Origin: Clostridia bacterium
GTDB lineage: Bacteria > Bacillota > Clostridia > Oscillospirales > SIG627
NCBI GenBank assembly: GCA_017520825.1
Contig: JAFXEX010000006.1
Span: 4,011 to 68,010 of the forward strand
DNA length: 64,000 bases
Direction of reading: 5' to 3'
Shown here: positions 39,180-47,272 of the stretch, piece by piece
Numbering within the stretch: the first letter of the stretch is position 1
How the letters are laid out: the number at the start of each line of letters is the position of its first letter
The notes under the pieces: model-generated
Told to the model about the DNA's origin: nothing
Databases searched by the model: none
What the model saw: only the letters and a program-made list of their open reading frames with translations
Translations under genes and position numbers: made by a program

Positions 39180-40886
39180 TCAGATTCTCTTAATCTTTTT
39201 TGTCGTTGTTTTATCAAATTCAGTTTTTCTTATCTCAATGCCTCTGATTTGCTTGAAAATCGGAAGCCTCTTATTGAGCTCTTGTATTTCTGCCTTGATA
39301 GCGTCCTTGACTTCGTTTATGCCGTCAAGTCCCATTTCCTTTGCCTTGTCAAAATCGGGGAATATCTGGGCTGTGATAACGGTTTCGCCCGATTGGTTGG
39401 GCTTACCTACCACTACGCACTCGGAAACAAGGTCGATTTTGTAAATATGCTCCTCAAGCTCCTCGGGGAACACGTTCTTGCCGTTATCGAGTATTATTAT
39501 ATTCTTTTTTCTGCCGGTGATGTAGATAAATCCGTCCTCGTCGATATATCCCACGTCGCCCGTTGAGAACCAGCCGTCCTCGTCGATTACCTCTGCAGTA
39601 AGCTGAGGTGCCTTATAATAGCCCTTCATAACGTTGGGGCCTCTTACGATTATTTCGCCCTCGGTGTCCTCGGGAGAAAGCTTGTCAATCTTAACCTCTA
39701 CGTCGTGTACGGGAAGTCCTACCGAAGCGTACTTCTTCCAATGGAATGGGCAGACGGAAACAAGGGGTGAGCATTCGGTGATGCCGTAGCCCTGTACCAA
39801 ATTTATGCCAAGCTCATCAAAGCCCTTTACGTAATCGGGTGAGAGAGCCGCGCCTCCACAGACTATCTTCTTCAGTCTTCCACCGAAGGCGGCGTTTACC
39901 TGACCGAAAAAGGCTGAACGAAGGTCTATATTTACGTGTCTCAAAGCATTACTGATAGCGATACCACGCTTCAGTTTCTTGGTCTGATTGTTCTTCAGCG
40001 CCGTGTCCCAAATTCTCTTATACACAGTGGTAACGAAGAGTGGAACGAGTATCATCGCCGTAGGCTTGAACAGCTGAAGGTTCTTCGTGAGATACTTCAT
40101 ACTGTCGTTAATGCATACCGTTGCGCCCACCAGAATAGGCGTGAGTATTCCACAGGTCATTTCGTAGGTGTGATGTATGGGAAGCACCGACATAACCACG
40201 TCCTTGTCGGTGAAGCTGAGCATTCGTGCTGATGAACGCACCGCGGATACGATGTTGTTCTGGGACAGAACCACACCCTTGGAGGTACCCGTAGTACCCG
40301 AGGTGAATATTATTACGGCATCGTCGTCAACGTTGGTTTCACAGTCGAAAAATTCGGTATAGCCCTCTTCAATAAGACGGTTGCCTCTTTCGGAAAGCTC
40401 GTCGGTGGTGATAAACCTTTCGTCCTTCTGCTTTTCCTGGTCGAAGCCTCCCATTCTTATAAAATAAGAAATCTTGCTATCGTCGGCAAGGGCTTCAAAA
40501 TAATTGTGAAATCTTTCAGAGTATACCACGGCAGAAACCTCGGCAAGCTCAAGGAACTTACCTATTTCTTCCTCGGTAAGCTCTTTATCAAGAGGAACGA
40601 TGACCGAGCCACCGGTGACTGCTGCAAGGTAGGTGGCAATCCATTCCTTTGAGGTTTCGCCTATTACGGCAACGTTCTTTCCTCTCAAGCCGAGAGAATA
40701 AAACGCCATTCCAAGTTCGTCTATATATTTATCAAATTCAAGATAGCTTACGTCTATTACTTCGCCCTTTTCCTGCCCCTTGTATCTGAGATACGTTTTG
40801 TCGGGCATAAGCTGAGCAGCAGACTTAACAAGCTCTCTGAGATTATCAAAGGGTCTGCGTTGGTAATCGGGATATTCTTTTTTCAT
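39180..40886 (-). CDS. AMP-binding long-chain acyl-CoA/ACP ligase
   Basis: IIFTSGTTGTSKGV (A3) and GWFSTGDVGYIDEDGFIYITGRKK (A8) motifs. The start was set at the ATG after AAAGGAGA; the ORF track extends to 40985. Confidence 0.85.
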   Translation of the reverse strand: MKKEYPDYQRRPFDNLRELVKSAAQLMPDKTYLRYKGQEKGEVIDVSYLEFDKYIDELGMAFYSLGLRGKNVAVIGETSKEWIATYLAAVTGGSVIVPLDKELTEEEIGKFLELAEVSAVVYSERFHNYFEALADDSKISYFIRMGGFDQEKQKDERFITTDELSERGNRLIEEGYTEFFDCETNVDDDAVIIFTSGTTGTSKGVVLSQNNIVSAVRSSARMLSFTDKDVVMSVLPIHHTYEMTCGILTPILVGATVCINDSMKYLTKNLQLFKPTAMILVPLFVTTVYKRIWDTALKNNQTKKLKRGIAISNALRHVNIDLRSAFFGQVNAAFGGRLKKIVCGGAALSPDYVKGFDELGINLVQGYGITECSPLVSVCPFHWKKYASVGLPVHDVEVKIDKLSPEDTEGEIIVRGPNVMKGYYKAPQLTAEVIDEDGWFSTGDVGYIDEDGFIYITGRKKNIIILDNGKNVFPEELEEHIYKIDLVSECVVVGKPNQSGETVITAQIFPDFDKAKEMGLDGINEVKDAIKAEIQELNKRLPIFKQIRGIEIRKTEFDKTTTKKIKRI

Positions 40887-41033
40887 AACTTCTCCTTTCT
40901 GCTCTTCAATCATTATATTGTTTATTCGGTAATTTGTCAAGTTTTGTTTGAAAAATTTGTTTTTGGCTTTACATTCCCGAAACAATATGTTAATATTAGT
41001 AGGCAGTAAATTTCAGGAAAGGCATTAACCTCT

Positions 41034-41498
41034 ATGCTTCATATAAACATCGTACTTCACCAGCCCGAAATCCCACAAAACACAGGCAATATAGCCCGTA
41101 CCTGCGCCGTAACGGGAGCAAGCCTGCACCTTATCGAGCCTCTCGGCTTTGAGATAGACAGCGCCAAGCTGAAGCGCGCAGGACTTGATTATTGGGACAA
41201 GCTTGACGTTCATCGCTATTCTTCAATCGAAGACTTCTTTGAAAGGACCGAGGGCAACTACTTTTTCTTCACCACAAAAACAGACAAGTCCTTTGCCGAC
41301 GTCAGCTACCAGGGTAACGTTTTCCTCATCTTCGGCAAGGAGACCAAGGGTCTCCCCACCGAGCTTATCGACGCCCATCGTGACAGTGCCGTAAGAATAC
41401 CTATGAAAAACCATCTCAGGTGTCTTAATCTCTCCAACTCTGCGGCAATTGCAGTTTACGAGGTCTTACGGCAGAATTCGTATCCCGATATGATATGA
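41034..41498 (+). CDS. trmL: tRNA (cytidine/uridine-34-2'-O)-methyltransferase
   Basis: 154 aa of SpoU-TrmD fold; IVLHQPEIPQNTGNIARTCAVTGASLHLIEPLGF. Confidence 0.85.
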   Translation: MLHINIVLHQPEIPQNTGNIARTCAVTGASLHLIEPLGFEIDSAKLKRAGLDYWDKLDVHRYSSIEDFFERTEGNYFFFTTKTDKSFADVSYQGNVFLIFGKETKGLPTELIDAHRDSAVRIPMKNHLRCLNLSNSAAIAVYEVLRQNSYPDMI

Positions 41499-42082
41499 CC
41501 CTCGCAGCTTTCGGCATAAAACAAAAGAGTAACCACAAGCAAGGATATATTAAACGCCGAAAGAGACACGAGAAACAATGAAATAACAGCCAGAAAAAAG
41601 AGCGTTATGCGTGAGATTGACGAAGCAGTCTTCTCGGCGTCGTACAGCTCTTTTTTCGTTGCCAGCAGGGCTACCAGAGCCATTCCACCGTCAAGGCTTG
41701 ATATGGGGAGCAAATTGAATACTCCGTAGGACAGATTGGACAAAAAGAGAAAGAATATATCGGGCAAAAAGCCCCGTCTCAAAATCACAAAAAACAGGGC
41801 TGAAAATATAAGGTTAACGAGAGGTCCTGACAGAGAAACAAGGGCTTCCCTTTTGTAGCTGATAAGCTTTTTTTCAAGCACCAGCGTACCACCGAAAAGT
41901 CCCAGCACCAAAGCCTTTATCCTCACCTTGAATAATGACAGTACGACTATATGTCCCACCTCGTGCACCATAGCCGAAAAGAGCATAAAAAATACGAATT
42001 TAGCCTCGTTGGTAAGAAAAAGCGTTATCAGCGTAATGACGAAGGAGGGCTCTACACGGATTTTCAAGTGGCGACACCCCAA
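41456..42082 (-). CDS. site-2 protease (M50) family membrane metalloprotease
   Basis: HEVGHIVV (HExxH) and NLLPISSLDGG in a polytopic 208-aa protein. Confidence 0.65.
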   Translation of the reverse strand: MGCRHLKIRVEPSFVITLITLFLTNEAKFVFFMLFSAMVHEVGHIVVLSLFKVRIKALVLGLFGGTLVLEKKLISYKREALVSLSGPLVNLIFSALFFVILRRGFLPDIFFLFLSNLSYGVFNLLPISSLDGGMALVALLATKKELYDAEKTASSISRITLFFLAVISLFLVSLSAFNISLLVVTLLFYAESCEGHIISGYEFCRKTS

Positions 42083-42249
42083 TCGTTCATTCCGAACACC
42101 TCTACTGCCCTGTCACTCTCCATCATTTTTGAAATGAGTCGAGCCTCGGCTTCCTCAAGGCTGGAGTTCTCACGGTTTTTGGAGAGTAATACTATTATCA
42201 GACAAATTATGACCACTATCAGCTTTTTAGACAAAAAAATACCCCTCAC
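42064..42249 (-). CDS. small membrane-anchored hypothetical protein
   Basis: 61-aa ORF with one TM helix that overlaps the start of the M50 gene. There is no other support. Confidence 0.3.
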   Translation of the reverse strand: MRGIFLSKKLIVVIICLIIVLLSKNRENSSLEEAEARLISKMMESDRAVEVFGMNDWGVAT

Positions 42250-42294
42250 ATACAGTTTTTACAAATTATATGTGAGGGGGATATTTTTAATGAC

Positions 42295-43467
42295 TTATCT
42301 CTCTTTGTTCTTGGGTGAAAGCATATACCAGAAGGAGCCCGAAAGGAATACAGAGGAGTAAAGACCTGCCAATATTCCTACGATGAGAGGAAGTGCGAAT
42401 TCCTTGATTGAATGTACTCCGAAGATATAAATCATACCTATTGTGAAGAGAGTTGTAATGGTTGTGTTTATAGAGCGCATAAGAGTCTGACGGGCGCTGA
42501 TATTAATTACCACGCCAAAGTCGGTTCTGCCCATTTTCTTACGGTTTTCACGCACACGGTCAAAGAGAATGATGGTAGCGTTAATAGAATAACCGAGAAT
42601 GGTGAGCATTACGGCAATAATGTTTGAGCTGACAGGTATGCCGAATACTGCGTATGAAGCAATTACGATAATTATATCGTGAATGAGGCAAAGAATTGAA
42701 GCGATAGCAGATCTGAATTCAAATCTTACCGTGATGTAAACCAGCATAAGAATAACGGCAATGACCGTTGCAACAACTGCAGAGCGCTTAATCTCGTTTG
42801 AAATTGAAGCACTTATTCTTGATTCTGCGATTACCTCAATCGGCTCTGTTCCACCGTAAGTTATTTCAACTGTTTCAAGCTCCTCGGTTGTTTCGTAAGG
42901 AGTTGTTTCAACTATTTCATCAGCAGTTTCATCTGCAGTTTCGTCTGCAGTTTCGTCTGCAGTTTCTTCAACTGTTTCGTCTGTGGTTTCGTCTGCAGTT
43001 TCGTCTGCAGTTTCGTCTGTGGTTTCGTCTGCTGTCTCGTCGGCAGTTTCATCTGCAGTTTCGTCTGTGGTTTCATCTGTAGTTTCGTCTGCAGTTTCTT
43101 CCTCTTCCTCAACCACGGGTGCGCCGTAGGCTATATTGAGAACGTTATAAACCTCCTCAACCACCTCGGGTGAAGCGTCGGCAGCCTTGATTATAACGCT
43201 GCTTGAATCGTCGCCCGACTTCTGAACGGAGGTAACGGTAATGCCGTCTACGGCATTTACCATTTCTCTGATGTTGTCAAGCTCTGCCTTGTCAAGAGTC
43301 TTGTGAAGGTCATACTGAAGGGAGATACCACCTGCAAAGTCGGTGTCAAAGTTGAAGCCGTTGATGAACATAAAGGCAACGCCTATAAGAATAACTGCGA
43401 TAGCAATGGAGAACCAAAGCTTACGAAGTCCTACTATTTCCATTTGTTCTTTTGTAATGAATTTCAT
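42295..43467 (-). CDS. secF: protein translocase subunit SecF with an acidic tandem-repeat insertion
   Basis: SecF N-terminus (KLWFSIAIAVILIGV..FDTDFAGG) and a C-terminal 6-TM SecDF domain. Carries an inserted (A/T)DET repeat block. Confidence 0.9.
   Translation of the reverse strand: MKFITKEQMEIVGLRKLWFSIAIAVILIGVAFMFINGFNFDTDFAGGISLQYDLHKTLDKAELDNIREMVNAVDGITVTSVQKSGDDSSSVIIKAADASPEVVEEVYNVLNIAYGAPVVEEEEETADETTDETTDETADETADETADETTDETADETADETTDETVEETADETADETADETADEIVETTPYETTEELETVEITYGGTEPIEVIAESRISASISNEIKRSAVVATVIAVILMLVYITVRFEFRSAIASILCLIHDIIIVIASYAVFGIPVSSNIIAVMLTILGYSINATIILFDRVRENRKKMGRTDFGVVINISARQTLMRSINTTITTLFTIGMIYIFGVHSIKEFALPLIVGILAGLYSSVFLSGSFWYMLSPKNKER
42917..43097 (-). repeat. 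12-bp tandem repeat (~15 units) encoding (T/A)DET(T/A)DET inside secF
   Basis: Unit GTTTCGTCTGCA (plus strand) repeated with minor variants. It produces spurious ORFs in other frames. Confidence 0.9.
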
Positions 43468-43485
43468 TTAACGTCTCCCCCTTTC

Positions 43486-44757
43486 TTATATTCCGTAAAG
43501 CTTAGAGTTTTTAACGCCAAGCTGTGCAATCGTGAGCATAAGGAAGCGTGTTATCACAAGGGCTGTGAACATTGAAACAACGATACCTATAAACAAAGTA
43601 ATTGCAAAGCCCTGTACCGTGCCGGTACCGAAGAACCAAAGCACGACCGATGCAATAATTGTAGTTACGTTACTGTCCACGATAGACGTGAAGGCACCCT
43701 TGAAGCCTGCCTTAACGGCAGAAAGCGTTCCCTTGCCAAGTCGAAGCTCTTCCTTGATACGCTCGTTGATGATAACGTTGGCGTCAACTGCCATACCTAT
43801 GGAAAGAACGATACCTGCAACGCCGGGGAGTGAAAGATTTACCTTTGCAACCACCAGGATTATAGCCTCTATCATAATATACGCAAGTAAAGCTATTACC
43901 GAAACGAGACCGGGAAGTCTGTAAACGATTATAAGGAAAAGAGCTACGAGAGCTATACCTATAGCGCCTGCAAAAAGAGCCGTTTCAAGCGCCTTTTCAC
44001 CAAGGGTGGGACCAACCGTATCGGCGCGCACCTCGGTGAGTGAGAAGGGAAGCTGACCTGATGCGATTACGCTTGCAAGGTAGGTTGCGCCAGCCTCGTC
44101 AAAGTCACCCGAAATCATTACGTCTTCAAGTGTGAGCTGCTCTGAAACGTAGGGCATTGAAACTATCTCGTTGTCAAGAACTATCATAATGAAGTTTTTG
44201 CCCTCTTTAATATTCTCCTCGCTTGATGCGGCGAGAGTTGCCTTTGAAAACTTATCAACGGCGTCTGCTTTAAGTGTTATCTGTACGAAATACTCAGGGG
44301 CGATTGACGCCTCGCTGGTGTATCCGTACTGCATTGAAGCAGATTTGATATCGCTTCCCGTAAGCACAACGCTTCCGTCAGACCCAATAAATGCAAGCTG
44401 ACCGATGTTTCCGAGAAGGTCTCTTGCGTTGTTAAGGTTCTTTTCCTCGGGAATTTCTATCTGAATTCTTCCGTCGTCCTTAAGCTGAGTAATGGACGCC
44501 TCGGTGTAGCCTGCGTTGGACAAACGTCTTGTGAGAATGGATACGACGGTGTCAAGGTCGGCGTCTGTAACCTCTGCCGACTCCTCAACGTCGGGCTGAT
44601 ATACAAGTAGGGTTCCTCCGGCAAGGTCAAGTCCCTTTCTTATAGCGCCCTCTTCAAAAACGCCGGGAAGGAAGCTACCTATACCGCAAATAGCCACGTA
44701 TGACAGCAATGCTATAACGAGCAATGCGCATATGAGCTTAATTGAATTCTTTGCCAT
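43486..44757 (-). CDS. secD: protein translocase subunit SecD
   Basis: GLDLAGGTLLVYQ and a C-terminal SecDF TM domain. The start was set at the ATG 8 nt after AAAGGAA; the ORF track extends to 44775. Confidence 0.9.
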   Translation of the reverse strand: MAKNSIKLICALLVIALLSYVAICGIGSFLPGVFEEGAIRKGLDLAGGTLLVYQPDVEESAEVTDADLDTVVSILTRRLSNAGYTEASITQLKDDGRIQIEIPEEKNLNNARDLLGNIGQLAFIGSDGSVVLTGSDIKSASMQYGYTSEASIAPEYFVQITLKADAVDKFSKATLAASSEENIKEGKNFIMIVLDNEIVSMPYVSEQLTLEDVMISGDFDEAGATYLASVIASGQLPFSLTEVRADTVGPTLGEKALETALFAGAIGIALVALFLIIVYRLPGLVSVIALLAYIMIEAIILVVAKVNLSLPGVAGIVLSIGMAVDANVIINERIKEELRLGKGTLSAVKAGFKGAFTSIVDSNVTTIIASVVLWFFGTGTVQGFAITLFIGIVVSMFTALVITRFLMLTIAQLGVKNSKLYGI

Positions 44758-44793
44758 TTTCGTTATTCCTTTCATTTATATAATGCTTTTGAT

Positions 44794-44822
44794 ATTATAC
44801 TACACCCTTCGGGAATTGTCAA
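44794..44822 (-). promoter_or_regulatory. consensus sigma-A promoter of secDF
   Basis: The minus strand reads TTGACA-17 nt-TATAAT, a perfect consensus. Confidence 0.75.
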
Positions 44823-44938
44823 TAATGCTTTTATGAGTCCAAATGGCAGAAAAACGGAGTTATTCATAATTTCCGGTTGATTATTTCATTCTTTTGTGTT
44901 ATTATTATTTTATTATAAAAGGAAAGGCTCAACGCTCT

Positions 44939-45490
44939 ATGAATAACAACTACATAAAGGCAAGCTCCGACTACGCCTTCAACTATACCGAGCATCTTGT
45001 AAAAAGGCGTGTTGACGGCAAGCTCATTCTTGCACGAATAGCAATCGTTCTTTTTGCCATAGCCCTCTTTTTCGGGGTACTGTTCCTCATATTCGGGCCG
45101 GTTAAAATTCCACAGATAACGGTTATCGCCATCGTGCTTATCGTCTTTTTGTCAATGAAGCTCTGGGGACTGACCTCCATTGAATACGAATATCTCATAG
45201 TCTCGGGCACTATGTCGATGGACAAGATAATAGCAGGAAAGAAAAGACGTCAGATGGTGGAATTCAAGGTGCCCACAGCCGAAAAAATCCTTCCCTACAA
45301 GGATGCCCGTCTTGACGGAATTGACGTAATATACGGCGTGACCTCTCCCTACGACGAGGATGCGTACTGCATTATTTTCCAGACCGAAAAGGGAGACAAG
45401 GGAGCCCTTGTGTTCAACGCAACCAGAAAAGCCCTTGAAATGCTTCGCTACTACAACAAAAACTGTGTAATAGCCGATTACGTTAAATAA
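44939..45490 (+). CDS. hypothetical membrane protein
   Basis: ORF track 44894-45490; the ATG at 44939 is preferred. Has two TM helices and no recognisable motif. Confidence 0.5.
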   Translation: MNNNYIKASSDYAFNYTEHLVKRRVDGKLILARIAIVLFAIALFFGVLFLIFGPVKIPQITVIAIVLIVFLSMKLWGLTSIEYEYLIVSGTMSMDKIIAGKKRRQMVEFKVPTAEKILPYKDARLDGIDVIYGVTSPYDEDAYCIIFQTEKGDKGALVFNATRKALEMLRYYNKNCVIADYVK

Positions 45491-45541
45491 TCATAAACCG
45501 GGTAGCTTTGGAATAATCTTTTTACAAAGGAGTGAGCTTTT

Positions 45542-45943
45542 GTGAAAAGGTTAGCAATAATTATTCCCTGCATATTTCTGCTTTTATGTTCCTCGTGCAG
45601 TCCCAAAAAGGAATATTCTCTTTTGGGGAAAGCCCTTGATGTGACCTTCGAGGACGGTGATGTGTCAACGAGAGGTATACTTGTGGTGGGGGATGACTTT
45701 ATAGAGTTTTCACCCGAAACGCCCTCGGGACTTGTTATACGCATAACCGAGGAGGGAGGAAGGGTAAGCTGGGGCTCTCTCAGGTTTGAAAACGACGTGA
45801 TTCCGTCGTCAAGGCTTATGCCCTTGTTCGACGCCTTACAAAGCAATGATTTTACTATGACCTTCGGCAAAGCCCAACACCCCCACACAGTTGAGGGTGA
45901 CGGCTTTAAAATAAAGATACATAAGGAAATTTCCAGCAAATGA
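45542..45943 (+). CDS. small secreted/lipoprotein-like hypothetical protein
   Basis: The signal peptide ends in LLLCSSCS. ATGA overlap with alr. Confidence 0.5.
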   Translation: MKRLAIIIPCIFLLLCSSCSPKKEYSLLGKALDVTFEDGDVSTRGILVVGDDFIEFSPETPSGLVIRITEEGGRVSWGSLRFENDVIPSSRLMPLFDALQSNDFTMTFGKAQHPHTVEGDGFKIKIHKEISSK

Positions 45944-47067
45944 AGAATTTAAGATGCTACGCAAAAATATCAATAACAAATCTTCTCCATAACTTTGAGT
46001 GTGTAAAGGCTCTTCTTCCCGACGGATGTGAGATTATACCTATCATAAAGGCGAATGCATATTCTCACGGCTCTGTGGAAATTGCAAAAGCCTTATCCCA
46101 CAGGGTAAATGCCTTTGCAGTGGCAGAAATGGACGAGGCGCTACTACTCAGAGAAAACGGAATTAAAAACGGCTTGCTGGTGCTTGGCTATACGGACCCG
46201 TCCTTTGCCTCTCTTTTGTCCGACAGTAAGATAACCCAGACGGTCACAAGCCTTGAATACGCAAAGCAGCTGTCAAAAATGCTTGGCGATATGTCCCTTG
46301 ACGTTCACGTCAAGCTTGATACGGGTATGCACCGTCTCGGCTTTGATACGGAAAACGAAAGCACCGTTGATGAAATAGCCGAGATATCGGCAATTTCAAA
46401 TATAAATATAAGTGGTATTTTCAGTCATTTTGCAGAAAGCGACTGTCCCGAATCGGATTTCACCGATTTGCAATTTGAACGCTTCACGAAAACTATCAAC
46501 GAGCTGAAGGCTATGGGAATTGACTTAGGAACCGTTCATATTGCCAACTCTGCAGCAATACTGAACAGACCCGAAACCCATCTTTCTGCAGTGAGACCGG
46601 GAATCGTGCTTTACGGCGCATATCCCTCTGCCGAAATAAAGGAAAAGTATCTTGCACGCCACCCCGAAAAGCCAATTAAAGAGGTTATGACCCTCTGCGC
46701 AAGGGTGGGACAGGTACACACCGTTAAGGCAGGCGAGTCCATAAGCTATTCAAGAACTCACACCTTTGAGCGTGATTCTGTTATAGCAACGGTGACGGCA
46801 GGCTATGCCGACGGTATTCCCCGAACTCTCTCCAACAACGGCAGGGTAAAAATTAACGGTGAGACCTTTAACGTCGTGGGTAACGTATGTATGGACTTTC
46901 TTATGGTGGATATTACCGATGCAAAATGCAATATAAAGGCAGGCGACGAGGTAGTATTCTGGGGAAGCGAGGGCATTTCCATTGACGAATATGCCCAATG
47001 CGCCGACACTATAAGCTATACTCTGTACACGGGAATATCCCCAAGAGTTGCCAAGATATATGAGTGA
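45940..47067 (+). CDS. alr: alanine racemase
   Basis: PIIKANAYSHG (PLP lysine); 375 aa. Confidence 0.95.
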   Translation: MKNLRCYAKISITNLLHNFECVKALLPDGCEIIPIIKANAYSHGSVEIAKALSHRVNAFAVAEMDEALLLRENGIKNGLLVLGYTDPSFASLLSDSKITQTVTSLEYAKQLSKMLGDMSLDVHVKLDTGMHRLGFDTENESTVDEIAEISAISNINISGIFSHFAESDCPESDFTDLQFERFTKTINELKAMGIDLGTVHIANSAAILNRPETHLSAVRPGIVLYGAYPSAEIKEKYLARHPEKPIKEVMTLCARVGQVHTVKAGESISYSRTHTFERDSVIATVTAGYADGIPRTLSNNGRVKINGETFNVVGNVCMDFLMVDITDAKCNIKAGDEVVFWGSEGISIDEYAQCADTISYTLYTGISPRVAKIYE

Positions 47068-47069
47068 CA

Positions 47070-47101
47070 AAAAGCAAGACGAAAATTCGTCTTGCTTTTT
47101 T
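47070..47101 (+). terminator. intrinsic terminator of alr
   Basis: AAAAGCAAGACG-AAAA-TTCGTCTTGCTTTTTT. Confidence 0.85.
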
Positions 47102-47103
47102 AA

Positions 47104-47267
47104 TGCAGAATGCAAAATGCAGAATGCAAAATTATGGTTAATTTGCCCTTGGCAAATTTTCCTTATCGTTTGCGAAGCAAACATATCGCGTGTGAAACAC
47201 ATATCGCATTCCATTCGGAATATATCGCGTTGTTACAGACAACATATCGCGCATAACGCAGTTATGC
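47104..47267. repeat. terminator-linked heptad / word-hairpin array (element A)
   Basis: TGCAGAA TGCAAAA TGCAGAA TGCAAAA heptads at 47104-47131, followed by mini-hairpins. The hairpins are AATTTGCC-CTT-GGCAAATT, TTTGC-GAA-GCAAA, GTGT-GAA-ACAC, ATTCC..GGAAT, GTTG..CAAC and GCATAAC-GCA-GTTATGC. Four copies of the word ATATCGC separate them. Confidence 0.8.
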
Positions 47268-47272
47268 CCTTT

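Noticed and set aside
42798-43112. ORFs 42798-43082 (+) and 42912-43112 (-) with repetitive LQF/KLQT sequences
   Set aside because: They are alternative-frame readings of the 12-bp tandem repeat inside secF and are not independent genes.
47104-47267. CRISPR array interpretation of the word-hairpin arrays (also at 55485-55565 and 62027-62356)
   Set aside because: The repeats are only 7-8 nt with 9-15 nt palindromic units between them, far below CRISPR repeat and spacer sizes. No cas genes are present in the window.
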